64,000 nucleotides of DNA from Octopus vulgaris (taxonomy: Eukaryota): contig OX597839.1 in assembly GCA_951406725.2 (NCBI GenBank), forward strand, positions 36,828,001-36,892,000. The letters run 5' to 3'. Under the pieces are notes generated by a model. That model did no database searches and was not told where the DNA came from. It was given only the letters and a program-made list of their open reading frames with translations. The stretch's first letter is position 1. Every line of letters begins with the position of its first letter. Positions 38,790-53,067 of the stretch are shown one piece after another. Both the position numbers and the translations under genes were made by a program.

Positions 38790-39400
38790 ATTGTTCCAAA
38801 TTTTGATGCAAGGTGAGTAAATTTAGCAGGAGTAAACTACTTGAATGGTACTTATTTTATCAACACCAAAAGGGAAAAAGTCAAAGTCAATCATGATAGA
38901 ATTTAAACTTTGAACTAAAGAGTGAGAAAAAAATGGTGCTAAACCTTTTGACCAATGTGCTAATGGCTTTGCCTTTCACTATGTCAATAATAACAATAAT
39001 TCTTTGTAATTTTGGCACATGGCCAGCACATTTAGGGGGAGGGGAACAGTTAATTACATCAACTCCAATAGGTGACCAGTACTCATTTTATTGACCCCAA
39101 ATGAAAGAAAGGCAGATTTGAGCTTGGTGAAATTTGAACTTAGACTGTTAAGAGCCAGAAATGGTGCTAAACATTTTGCCCTATGTGGTAATGATTTTGC
39201 CAGATCACCACTTTAATAATAATAGTTTCTAATTTAGGTACAAGGCAAGCAATTTCGAAGGGGAAAATGTTAGTTGAAACTATCAACAGCAAAGGGATAA
39301 AGGGCGAAGTTGACCACAGTGAGATTTGAATTCAGAATATATAAAGTCAAAAGAAATATTGCAAGGCATTTTTCCAAATCTGTCAATAATGATTAACAAT
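38790..39400 (-). mobile_element. Four head-to-tail degenerate Deu/Nin-like SINE copies
   Basis: Each begins after an (aat)n tract and carries aaaggcaaag/ttgacc...atttgaact. Confidence 0.6.
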
Positions 39401-39947
39401 TTCGTAGTAGTTGTTTTGAAGGGAATGATAATCTATAGAGAATATTTTCGAAATTTTACAAACACCTTAATATATATTCAGAGAATTAACGAATGGTGTG
39501 TGTGTGTGTGTGTGTGTTTGGTGGTGTGGGTGGTTATTTTGGAGAGAGAGAGGAGAAAATAAATATTTTGGCAACTTCTAAACATTCATCTAATAACATA
39601 TATATTTTTCACACACAGTTTATCTTCTAAGTGAATTCTTGGGTGGCTGAGTAGAAAGTTAGAATATATTCAGCAGAGCATGGAAGATATCCAAATGATG
39701 CCACTGATTAGTGTTCAAGACAGTTTGCAACATTTTAACCAATTCTCTTTCCAGACATTACAATATATATTTAATACTACAGCTTGGTATGCATTGTTGT
39801 AGTTGATGATAATAGTAGAGATGATAGAGATTCAAGCAGGCAGGGAGAAATTTATGTGCATTTTTATACATATGTATGTGGGTGTGTGTATATTTATGGT
39901 GCACTAGCGTGGCCACAGTCAAATGACTAAAACAAATAAAATATACA

Positions 39948-40335
39948 TACTCTTTACTCTTTTACTTGTTTCAGTCATTTGACTGCGGCCATGCTGGAGC
40001 ACCGCCTTTAGTCGAGCAAATCGACCCCGGGACTTATTCTTTGTAAGTCCAGTACTTATTCTGTCGATCTCTTTTGCCGAACCGCTAAGTGACGGGGACG
40101 TAAACACACCAGCATCGGTTGTCAAGCAATGCTAGGGGGACAAACACAGACACACACCTATATATATATACATATATACGACAGGCTTCTTTCAGTTTCC
40201 GTCTACCAAATCCACTCACAAGGCATTGGTCGGCCCGGGGCTATAGCAGAAGACACTTGCCCAAGATGCCACGCAGTGGGACTGAACCCGGAACCATGTG
40301 GTTGGTTAGCAAGCTACTTACCACACAGCCACTCC
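39948..40335 (-). mobile_element. Nearly full-length young tRNA-derived CORE-like SINE
   Basis: Minus: ggagtggctgtgtggtaag A-box, gggttcagtccc B-box, cttgggcaagtgtcttct core, internal (TG)/(TA) tract, (gagtaaa)n tail. Confidence 0.9.
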
Positions 40336-40740
40336 AGTGTGTATTTATAAATATATATATATATATATATATTTATGGGTTTTAAATAGATATATAAGTG
40401 TGTTTATATATATATGTAGAACTTACTTGGAAGAGGTTGCTTGGATTTCAATCATATAATAATATAAAAACATATATATATGCATATACACATATACATA
40501 CTTACATCTATACATATATATGTATATGCAAATGTAAGCACAGGACCTCACAAAACATGTGTGTGTGTGTGTGCGTATACATGCATATCTATGTACATAT
40601 GTGTAGGTATGTATATGCGTGTGTGTATTTTTATATAAATACATATATGTATATTTATGGGTTTTAAATATGTGTGTTTTTATTTATATATATATTTATG
40701 TGTTTATATATATATATATATTTATGTGTTTTTACATATA

Positions 40741-41280
40741 TACTAGCTTAAGGTGAACCGCTCTACGCATGGGTAAGTGTGTGGTTGTTACTTTCTGTTT
40801 TTTATCACCACATTCTCCCTCTTTGTTTCTCTCTCACTTTCCTACTCTCTTACACTTCCTTTCTCTCAGACTCTCCCTCGCTTTCTCTTACTCTCTATCT
40901 TTCTCTTAACAAAAGATCTTGAGTAAGTTGAGAAAGTAAATATTTTGAAAGATCAATCATAAATATCAGGCAGTGACAACGGAAAGGTCTGCTTCAAGGC
41001 AGACAGCAAAATACTAACATTTAAAAGGGACAGATGAACTTGCGAGCTGAAAAAATTTTTTAAATATTGGAAACCAAAGTTTGAAGAGATAGAATCTGAG
41101 GATAGTAGAGTCACCATGACTGGCATTTCTTAACGACGGACAACAACATAGTGGCAGTTCAACGGCTGCCGTAAAATTTGCAACTTGATGTAAAAGAAAA
41201 TTCCTAAACACCAAGTTTTTAAGTGATTCTTTCTCATGACAGTAGACTCACCATGGCAAGTATTCAAAACTTCTTCATGA
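40741..41280 (+). mobile_element. Possible non-autonomous Helitron/Helentron-like fragment
   Basis: Begins tactagc after (TA)n, with a subterminal GC patch and CT-rich tract; no coding capacity. Confidence 0.35.
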
Positions 41281-42400
41281 AGGGCATCCAGACGTAGAAA
41301 CATTGCCAGATCAGACTGGGACTGGTGCAGCCTTCTGGCTTCCCAGACCCCAGTTGAACTGTTTAACCCATGCTAGCATGGAAAGCGGACACTAAATGAT
41401 GATGATGATATATATATATAAATATATAGTTATCTATATAGCCTTGAAATCAAAATTGATGACTGGCATCCGTGCTAGTGGAGCGCTATGAGTACCTTAC
41501 GAGCATGATCATTGCCAGAGCAACAAGCTGGCCTCTGTGCCAGTGGGACATACAAAACACAATTCGAGCGTGATCATTACCTGTGTCGCCTTACTAGCAC
41601 TTGTACTGGTGGCACCTGAACAAAACATTCAAGCGAGGTCATTGCCAGTGCCGCTGGACTGACTCTTGTGCAGGTGGCACATAAAAAGCACCATTTGAGC
41701 GTGGCCGTTGGCAGCACTGCCTGACTGGCCCTCGTGCTGGTGGCGCGTAAAAGCACCCACTACACTGTCGGAGTGGTTGGCGTTAGGAAGGGCATCCAGC
41801 TGTAGAAACTCTGCCATATCAGACTGCAATCTGGTGCTGCCATCTGGTTCGCCAGACCTCAGTCAAATCATCCAGACCATGCCAGCATGAAAAGCAGACA
41901 TTAAATGATGATGATATTTATATCTAGCCAAAGATGTATATGTATATATATATGCGTGTGTTTGTGTGTGTGTAAATATATACATACATAACATCATCAT
42001 AGTTTAACGTCCATTTTCCGGGCTAACATGGCTTGGACGGTTAGACCAGGGTCTGGGAAGCCAGGAATCTGCACCAGGCTCAAGTCTGATCTGGCAGTGG
42101 TTCTACAGCAGGATGCCCATCCTAACGCCAACCACTCTGTGAGTGTAGTGGGTGCCTTTTACGTGCCAGGGCAGGCTGGCAGCAGCTACGATCGGTTAGT
42201 GCTTTTTACGTGCCACCGGCACAGAAGCCAGTCTAGGCGGTGCTGGCATCAGCCACGTTAGGATGGTGCTTTTTACGTGCCATATATGTATATATATATA
42301 GATACATATTTATATATAAGTGTGTGTGTTTATATCTATATATATATATATATATGTTATATATATATATATATGTTTTACATACATACATATATATATT

Positions 42401-42445
<45 letters not shown>

Positions 42446-42496
42446 GTGTTTTTATATATATATATATTTGTGTGTTTATATATATATATATATTTG

Positions 42497-42539
<43 letters not shown>

Positions 42540-43131
42540 TCATCATCATCATTTAGCGTCCGCTTTCCATGCTAGCACGGGTTGGACGGTTCAACTGGGG
42601 TTTGTGAAGCCAGAAGGCTGCATCAGGCCCAGTCTGATCTGGCAGTGTTTCTACGGCTGGATGCCCTTCCTAACGTCAACAACCTCGTGAGTGTAGTGGG
42701 TGCATTTTACGTGCCAGACAGAGCTGGCAAACGGCCACGGATGGATGGTGCTTTTTATATGCCAGCACGGGGGCCAGGCGAGGCTGGCAACGGTCACGAA
42801 CGGATGGTGCTTTTACGTGCCACCGGCATGGGGCCAGGCGAAACTGGCAATGGCCACGAACGGATGGAGCTACATGCCACCGGCACGGGGGCCAGGCGAG
42901 GCTGGCAACGGCCATGAACGAATGGTGCTTTTTACGTGCCACCGGCACGGAGGCCAGTCGGGGCGGCGCTGGCAACGGCCATGATCGGATGGTTCGCTTA
43001 CTTGTCACCGGCACTGGTATCACAGCTGCAATTTCCATTGATGTTGATCAACTTCGATTTTGGTTCTGCTTTCTGATATCTGATTTGATTTGGTTTGATT
43101 TTGATTTATTGATTTTGTCCATATATATATA

Positions 43132-43803
43132 TGGAACTTACATGGAAGAGGATGTGTGTGGTTCAATCGTATAATAATATAAAATATATATGATTGCTGC
43201 CCCCTCATTATCGAGTATGGCCATTGCACGAAGCTCAACTGTTATTGGTGCTGTGATTGAATGTGACTTATTTGCAATGTAAGGCTACAGCCAGCCATTC
43301 AGTTAAGACTCACAATCATGCAATGCCTGTGCAAGAAGATATTTTGTAAAGTGAGGAAAGGCTGTACACTGAATCACTCCCACTCACTAAGCAGGAGCAA
43401 CCATAACCTGAAAAGAAGAACAAGTCGACATCATCGGCAACAACTGATCCGTAGGTTTTATGTCGGAGTTATCCCTGTTTCCTGAGTTACCTTCTCCTAG
43501 AAGGATGCCCTAACAAAGGCTAGGAGTCCTTCACTCCCAATGGTTTAACTGCGCGATCGGGTATTCAATCCGATTATTTCTATGTCCCCGCTCATGAAAA
43601 TTACACTTTTATTGGATGGCCGTTGACTCGCAAGAGTTCCTCCGCCCTTTGATGGGTTTAGTTTTTCGTCCCGCAGGGTGGCAATAAACACCCTCCTCAC
43701 CAAGCAAGCTTAGTGGTGTTGCCAGTTTAGACTCCGACAGGCCGACCATGCAACAGGTTGTACTGGGTTACATGTTACCAGTAGCACTCAAAAGTGACCT
43801 GAC
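43132..43803 (-). mobile_element. Element resembling the 5' leader of an RTE-type LINE (second copy 53495-54535)
   Basis: Non-coding, GC-richer, hairpin-rich minus strand; ttaccttctcctagaaggatgccctaacaaaggctag recalled as RTE 5'-region-like; family call is inference. Confidence 0.5.
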
Positions 43804-43894
43804 ATAATATATATATATGCATACATATATATATATATATGTGTATATATATATATATGCATATATGTACATGCATATATATACATGCATATAT

Positions 43895-44662
43895 CATCAT
43901 CACCATTGTTTAACGTCCGTTTTCCGCGCTAGCACGGGTTGGACGGTTCGACCGGGGCCTGGGAAGCCAGGGGCTGCACCAGGCTCCAGTCTGATCTGGC
44001 AGTGTTTCTACAGCTGGAAGCCCTTCCTAACGCCAACAACTCCGCGAGTGTAGTGGGTGATTTTTATGTGCCACCTGCACAGGTGCCAGGGGGGTCTGGC
44101 ATCGGCCATGATCGGTTGGTGCTTTTAACTTGCCACTGGCACGGAAGCCAGCCAAGGCGGCGCAGGCATCGGCCACGTTTGGATGGTGCTTTTTATGTGC
44201 CACAAGCACAGGTTTCACAACTACTATTTCCATTGATATTTATTTTGATGTTCATGTACATGCACTTGACTCAACAGGTCTCCTCAAGCACAGCGAGATG
44301 TTCCGGGATCCAAGGTACTTTGAATGGGCAGGGGCTATGCGGAACTGGTGCTGGAAGCATCCCGGGTCTTTGTAGTCACAGCACATCTCCAGAGATCTCG
44401 GTCCTTCGCCATTGCCTCAGTAAGGCCCAACGCTCTGAGGTCATGCTTGACTACCTCATCCGATGTCTTCCTGGGTCTACCTCTCCCCCTGATTCCTTCA
44501 ACTGTTTGGGAGCAGCACTTCTTCACACATCTCTCCTCATCCATCCGCAGTACATGACCATACCATCGCAAGCATTTCTCTAAGGGCGCTTACACTCTGT
44601 CATGCATTCACACTGACATTACACATCCAGCGGATCATGCTAGCTTCGTTTCTTTCAAGTCT
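43895..44662 (-). mobile_element. 5'-truncated RTE LINE with ORF C-terminus
   Basis: MRWYGHVLRMDEERCVKK...GRGRPRKT...DRDLWR, preceded by LERNEASMIRWMCNV; UTR and (TGA)n tail. Confidence 0.9.
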
Positions 44663-44666
44663 ATGC

Positions 44667-44697
<31 letters not shown>

Positions 44698-44719
44698 GAG
44701 AGAGAGAAAGAGATATAGA

Positions 44720-44767
<48 letters not shown>

Positions 44768-44912
44768 CATATATGTTATTATGCCGCCACTCAGGATCCT
44801 AGGCCATCCGATTCCAACATGGGCCTCAAGTAGCGACGACGACGCTCAGTAAACTGGAAATTCAAAATGGGAAGGGGATGCATATATACATATGTATATG
44901 TACATACTTACA

Positions 44913-44944
<32 letters not shown>

Positions 44945-44946
<2 letters not shown>

Positions 44947-45328
44947 GAAGCACTCCGTCAGTTACGACGATGAGGGTTCTGGTTGATCCGAATCAGCGGA
45001 ACAGCCGGCTCGTGAAATTAACGTATAAGTAGCTGAGCACTCCACAGACACGTGCACCCTTAATGTAGTTCTCGGGGATATTAAGCATGAACAGAGAGTG
45101 ACAAGGCCGGCCCTTTGAAATACAGGTACAACAGAAACAGGAAGTAAGAGTGAGAGAAAGTTGTGGTGAAAGAGTATAGCAGGGTTCACCACCATCACCT
45201 GCCGGAGCCTCGTGGAGCTTTTAGGTGTTTTTGCTCAATAAACACTCACAACGCCCGGTCTGGGAATCGAAACCGCGATCCTATGGCCGCGAGTCCGATG
45301 CCCTAACCACTAGGCCATTGTGCTTCCA
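44945..45328 (-). mobile_element. Full-length tRNA-derived SINE inserted in (TA)n
   Basis: Minus: tggcctagtggttagggc A-box, ggtttcgattccc B-box; absent from the sister units at 47752-47960 and 61480-61680. Confidence 0.85.
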
Positions 45329-46281
45329 TATATATATATATGCATATGTAGGCACAGGAGCTCACGAAACATGTGTATTCATATATATATATATATGTTT
45401 ATATATATAGCAATTGAAATCAAAATCAATGACTGGCATCCGTGCAAGTGGGGAGCTAAGAGTACCATCCGAGCGTGATCTTTGCCAGGGCAACATGCTG
45501 GCCTCCGTGCCGATGGCACATAAAAAAAACATTCGAGCGTGATCATTACTTGCGTTGCCATACTAGCACTTGAACAAAACATTTGAGCGAGGTCATTCCC
45601 GCTGGACTGGCTCCCGTGCAGGTGGCACATAAAAAGCACCATTTGAGCGTGGCTGTTGCCAGTAATGCCTGATTGGCCCGCGTGCTGGAGGCACGTAAAA
45701 GAAACCCCTACGCTGTCGGAGTGGTTGGCTTTAGGAAGGGCAACCAGCTGCAGAAACTCTGCCAGATCAGACTGCAATCTGGTGCAGCCAGACCTCAATC
45801 AAATCATCCAACCCATGCCACCATGGAAAGCAGACATTCAACGATGATGATGATATTTATATCTAGCCAAAGATATATATATAGATATATATATATATAT
45901 ATATGTGTGTTTGTGTGTGTGTAAATATATATATATAACATCATCATCATCATCGTTTAACGTCCATTTTCCGGACTAACATGGCTTGGAAGGTTCGACC
46001 GGGGTCTGGGAAGCCAGGAATCTGCACCAGGCTCAAGTCTGATCTGGCAGTGGTTCTACAGCATGATGCCCATCCTAACACCAACCACTCTGTGAGTGTA
46101 GTGGGTGCCTTTTACGTGCCAGGGCAGGCTGGCAGCGGCTACGATCGGTTAGTGCTTTTTACGTGTCACCGGCACAGAAGCCAGTCAAGGCAGTGCTGGC
46201 ATCAGCCACGTACTGATGGTACTTTTTATGTGCCATATATATATATATTTATATATAAGTGTGTGTGTTTATATCTATATA

Positions 46282-46320
<39 letters not shown>

Positions 46321-46786
46321 TCATCATCATTTAGCGTCCGCTTTCCATGCTAGCATGGGTTGGATGGTTCAACTGGAGTCTGGGAAGCCAGAAGGCTGCA
46401 TCAGGCCCAGTCTGATCTGGCACTACCCGACCGTGTCCGTTGCCAGCGCCGCCCCGACTGGCCACCGTGCCAGTGGCACGTAAAAAGCTCCATCCAATCA
46501 TAGCCGTTGCCAGCCTTGCCTGGCCCCCGTGCCGGTGGCACGTAAAAAGCACCATCCGTCCGTGGCCATTTGCCAGTCCCGTCTGGCACCTGTGCAGGAG
46601 GCACGTAAAAAGCACCCACTACACTCACGGAGTGGTGGGCGTTAGGAAGGGCATCCAGCTGTAGAAACACTGCCAGATCAGACTGGGCCTGATGCAGCCT
46701 TCAGGCTTCCCAGATCCCCGTTCAACCGTCCAACCCATGCTAGCATGGAAAGCGGATGCTAAATGATGATGATGATGATGATACAC

Positions 46787-46828
<42 letters not shown>

Positions 46829-47274
46829 GCATATATCATCATCATCATCATCATCGTTTAGCGTCCGCTTTCCATGCTAGCATGGGTTGGACGGTTCTAC
46901 TGGGGTCTGTGAAGCCAGAAGGCTTCATCAGGCCCAGTCAAATCTGGCAGTGTTTCTACGGCTCGATGCCCTTCCTAACGCCAACCACTCCGTGAGTGTA
47001 GTGGGTGCTTTTACGTGCCACCCGCACTGGTGCCAGACAGAGCTGGCAAACGGCCACGAACGGATGGTGCTTTTTATGTGCCACCGGCACGAGGGCCAGG
47101 CGAGGCTGGCAACGGACACGAAACGGGGCGGTGCTGGCAACGGTCGCGAAACGGAAAGTTCTCTTACATGCCACCGGCACTGGTAACACATCTGCAATTT
47201 CCATTGATTGATTTCGATTCTGATCCTCACTTGCCTCAACGGGTCTTCACCCGTTGAGGCAAGTGAGGATCAGC

Positions 47275-47740
<466 letters not shown>

Positions 47741-48852
47741 GCACATAAAAATATGTGCATATATGTTATTAATGCCGCCACTCAGGATACTAGGCCTTCC
47801 GATTTGAACACGGGCTCTACTTTGCGACAACGACGCTCAGTAAACTGGAAATTCAAAATGGGAAGGGGATGCATATATACGTATGTATATGTACATACTT
47901 ACATCAAAACTTATATACATATATGCATATGTAGGCACAAGACCTCATGAAACATGTGTACATATATATATTTATATATATGTTTATATATATATCCTTG
48001 AAATCAAAATCAATGACTGGCATCCTTGCAAGTGGGGCGCTTAGAGTACCTGGCGTGATCGTTGCCAGGGCAACATGCTGGTCTCCGTGCCGATGGCACA
48101 TAAAAGACACCATTCGAGCGTGATCATTACCTGCGTCGGCTTACTAGCACTTGTGCTGGCGGCACGTGAACAAAACATTCGAGCGTGGTCATAGCCAGTG
48201 CCGCTGGACTGGCTCCCGTGCAGGTGGCACATAAAAAGCACCATTTGAGCGTGCCTGTTGCCAGTAATGCCTGACTGGCCCTCGTGCTGGAGGCATGTAA
48301 AAGCACCCACTACACTGTAGGAGTGGTGGGCGTTAGGAATTGCATCGAGCTGCAGAAACTCTCCAGATTAGACTGCAATCTGGTGCAGCCATCTGGTTTG
48401 CCAGACCTCAGTCCAATCATCCAGCCCATGCCAGCATGGAAAGCAGATATTAAACGATGATGATGATATTTATATCTAGCCAAAGATATATATATATGTG
48501 TGTGTTTGTGTGTGTGTAAATATATATATATATATATATATAACATCATCATCATCATCGCATAACATCCGTTTTCCGTGCTAGCACGACTCGGATGGTT
48601 CGATCGGGGTCTGGGAAGCCAGTAATCTGCACCAGGCTCCAGCCTGATCGGGCAGTGTTTCTACAGCAGGATGCCTATCCTAACACCAACCAATCTGTGA
48701 GTGTAGTGGGTGCTTTTTACGTGCCCTGGCAGGTGCCACGATCGGTTAATGCTTTGTACATGCCTCCGGCACAAAACCCAGTCATGGCGGTGCTGGCATC
48801 AGCCACATTCGGATGGTGCTTTTTACATGACATATATATATATATATATATA

Positions 48853-49450
48853 TAACTGCATTGACAAAGGGTCATTAGTTTGACATTTAATGCAAACTTG
48901 ATGTCCAACATCGGGGTAGGGAAAATATACGTGAACTTTCAAAAAATATCGCAGAAAAATCGGTATGCTATGTGTGTCACATATGATGTAATTAACCGAT
49001 TTTTTCCAGTAATAACGTATCCTATTGGAATCAAAAGGGCCATATAGCTCCTCCTTGGAGCAGACATGATGCTCGCTGTGAATTTAAAAAAATATTCCTG
49101 CCAATTTGTTAAAGATATTGTTGAAAATATGTCATCTTGAATTTGAAAGCTATTTCCCAAAATGGCATGATTTTTTTGATTTTTCTGATGGTAAGGTATT
49201 GCATGGAAAACTAACGTTAGAATTAAGTTCCTTAGGGTAACATCAAGCATCACCATGAGTTTGGTGAAAATTGATTGAAAGTTGCAAAAACTACAACAGA
49301 AAATGTGTTGCATATGATAAGCTTAGATTCTCGACCCCATGTCGAATTTATCAATTTTTTTCAGAACTGGGGGAACTTTCCAAAATTTTCGCTGCATTAA
49401 TTTTGAACTATGACATTGGGCTATGTGTGTGTCAAGTTTCATTAGAATCT
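48853..49450 (+). mobile_element. Truncated DINE-1/Helentron-like segment (also 50358-50944, 51674-52256, 58496-59089)
   Basis: Four ~600 bp homologous copies ending gtgtgtcaagtttcattagaatcgg, reminiscent of DINE-1-type cores; class is inference. Confidence 0.55.
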
Positions 49451-50318
49451 GTGATCGTTGCCAGAGCAACAAGCTGGGCTCCGTGCTGGTGGCACATAAA
49501 CAGCATCGTTAGAGTGTGGCCATTGCCAATACTGTCTGACTGGCCCTCGTGCTGGTGGCACGTAAAAGCATCCACTACACTGTCGGAGTGGTTGGCGTTA
49601 GGAAGAGCATCCAGCTGCAGAAACTCTGCCAGATCAGACTACAATCTGGTGCAGCCATCTGGTTCGCCAGACCTCAGTCAAATCATCCAGCCCATGCCAG
49701 CAGGTGGCATATAAAAAGCACCATTTGAGCATGGCTATTGCCAGTAATGCTTGATTGGCCCTCGTGCTGGAGGCACGTAAAAGCACCCACTACACCGTCG
49801 GAGTGGTTGGCGTTAGGAAGAGCATCCAGCTGCAGAGTCTCTGCCAGATCAGACTGCAATCTAGTGCAGCCATCTGGTTCGCCAGACCTCAGACAAATCA
49901 TCCAGCCCATGCCAGCATGAAAAGCAGACATTAAACGATGATGATGATATTTATATCTAGCCAAAGATATATATATAGATATATATATGTGTGTGTTTGT
50001 GTGTGTGTGTAAATATATATATATATAACATCATCATCATCATTGTTTAACATCCGTTTTCCGGGCTAACATGGCTTGGACGGTTTGACCGGGGTCTGGG
50101 AAGCCAGGAATCTGCAGCAGGCTCCAGTCTGATCTGGCAGTGTTTCTATAGTAGGATGCCCATCCTAACGCCAACCACTGTGTGAGTGTAGTGGGTGCTT
50201 TTTACGTGCCAGGGCAGGCTGGCAGGTGCCACGATCGGTTAGTGCTTTGTACGTGCCACCGGCACAAAACCCAGTCAGGACGGTGCTAGCATCAGCCACA
50301 TTCGGATGGTGCTTTTTA

Positions 50319-50360
<42 letters not shown>

Positions 50361-53067
50361 CTGCATTGACAAAGGGTCATTAGTTTGACATTTAATGCAA
50401 ACTTGATGTCCAACATCGGGGTAGGGAAAATATATGTGAACTTTCAAAAAATATCGCAGAAAAATCGGTATGCTATGTGTGTCACATATGATGTAATTAA
50501 CCGATTTTTTCCAGTAATAACGTATCCTATTGGAATCAAAAGGGCCATATAGCTCCTTGGAGCAGACATGACGCTCGCAGTGAATTTCAAAAAATATTCC
50601 TGCCAATTTGTTAAAGATATTGTCGAAAATATGTCATCTTGAATTTGAAAGCTATTTCCCAAAATGGCATGATTTTTTTGATGGTAAGGTATTGCATGGA
50701 AAACTAACGTCAGAATTAAGTTCCTTAGGGTAACATCAAGCATCACCATGAGTTTGGTGAAAATCGAATGAAAGTTGCAAAAACTACAACAGAAAATGTG
50801 TTGCATATGATAAGCTTAGATTCTCGACCCCATGTCGAATTTATCAATTTTTTTCAGAACTGGGGGAACTTTCCAAAATTTTCGCTGCATTAATTTTGAA
50901 CTATGACATTGGGCTATGTGTGTGTCAAGTTTCATTAGAATCGGTGATCGTTGCCAGAGCAACAAGCTGGGCTCCGTGCTGGTGGCACATAAACAGCATC
51001 GTTAGAGTGTGGCCATTGCCAATACTGTCTGACTGGCCCTCGTGCTGGTGGCACGTAAAAGCATCCACTACACTGTCGGAGTGGTTGGCGTTAGGAAGAG
51101 CATCCAGCTGCAGAAACTCTGCCAGATCAGACTACAATCTGGTGCAGCCATCTGGTTCGCCAGACCTCAGTCAAATCATCCAGCCCATGCCAGCCAGATC
51201 AGACTGCAATCTAGTGCAGCCATCTGGTTCGCCAGACCTCAGACAAATCATCCAGCCCATGCCAGCATGAAAAGCAGACATTAAACGATGATGATGATAT
51301 TTATATCTAGCCAAAGATATATATATAGATATATATATGTGTGTGTGTAAATATATATATATATATATATAACATCATCATCGTTTAACGTCCGTTTTCC
51401 GGGCTAACATGGCTTGGACGGTTTGACCGGGGTCTGGGAAGCCAGGAATCTGCAGCAGGCTCCAGTCTGATCTGGCAGTGTTTCTACAGTAGGATGCCCA
51501 TCCTAACGCCAACCACTCTGTGAGTGTAGTGAGTGCTTTTTACGTGCTAGGGCAGGCTGGCAGTGGCCATGACCGGTTAGTGCATTTTACGTGCCACCGG
51601 CACAGAACCCAGTCAGGGCGGTGCTGGCATCGGCCATGTTCGGATGGTCTTCTTACATGCCATATATATATATATAACTGCATTGACAAAAAGTCGTTGG
51701 TTTGACACTTAATGCAAACTTGATGTTCAACATCAGTGTAGGGAAAATCTATATGAACTTTCAAAAAATATCGCAGAAAAATCGGTATGCTGTGTTCCAC
51801 ATATGATGTAATTAACCGATTTTTTCCAGTAATAACGTATCCTATTGGAATCAGAAGGGCCATATAGCTCCTTGGAGCAGACATGCTGCTCGCTGTGAAT
51901 TTCAAAAAAAATTCCTGCCAATTTGTTAAAGATATTGACGAAAATATTTCATCTTGAATTTGAACGCAATTCCCAAAATGACATGATTTTTTCTGATGGT
52001 AAGGTATTACATGGAAAACAACATTAGAATTTAGTTCCTTAGGGTAACATCAAGCATCACCATGAGTGGTGAAAATCGATTGCAAGATGCGAAAACTACA
52101 ACGGAAAATGTGATGCATATGATAAACTTAGATTCTCGACCACATGTCGAATTCATCTATTTTTTTCGGAACTGGGGGAACTTTTCTAAATATTTGCTTC
52201 ATTAGTTTTGAATCATGACATTGGGCTGTGTGTGTGTCAAGTTTCATTAGAATCGGTGATCGTTGCCAGAGTAACAAGCAGGGCTCCATGCTGGTGGCAC
52301 ATAAAGGGCACCGTTTGAGCATGGCCGTTGCCAATACTGTCTGACAGGCCCTTGTGCTGGTGGCACGTAAAAGCACCCACTACACTTTTGGAGTTGTTGG
52401 CATTAGGAAGGGCATCCAGCTGCAGAAACTTTCCAGATTAGACTGCAATCTGGTTCGCCAGACCTCAGACAAATCATCCAGACCATGCCAGCATGAAAAG
52501 CAGACATTAAACGATGATGATGATATTCATATCTACCATGAGATATATATGTATATATATATATGTGTGTGTTTGTGTGTGTGTAAATATATATATATAT
52601 AACATCATCATCATCATAGTTGGACGTCCGTTTTCCATGCTAGCATGGCTTGGACGGTTCGACTGGGGTCTGGGAAGCCAGGAATCTGCAGCAGGCTCCA
52701 GTCTGATCTGGCAGTGGTTCTACAGCATGATGCTCTTCCTAACGCCAACCACTCTGTTAGTGTAGTGGGTGCTTTTTTACATGCCAGGTAAGACTGGCAG
52801 CGTCTACGATTGGTTAGTGCTTTTGACGTTCCACCGGCACAGAGGCCGGTCAAGGTGGTTCCGGCATCAACCATGTTCCAATGGTGCTTTTTACGTGCCA
52901 TATATATATATATATAAAAATGTGTGTGTTTATATCTATATATGTTTTATATATATATATATCTATATATGTTTTATATATATATATATCTATATATGTT
53001 TTATATACATAAATATTTGTGTTTTTATATATATACATATTTATGTGTTTATATCTATTCATGTTTC

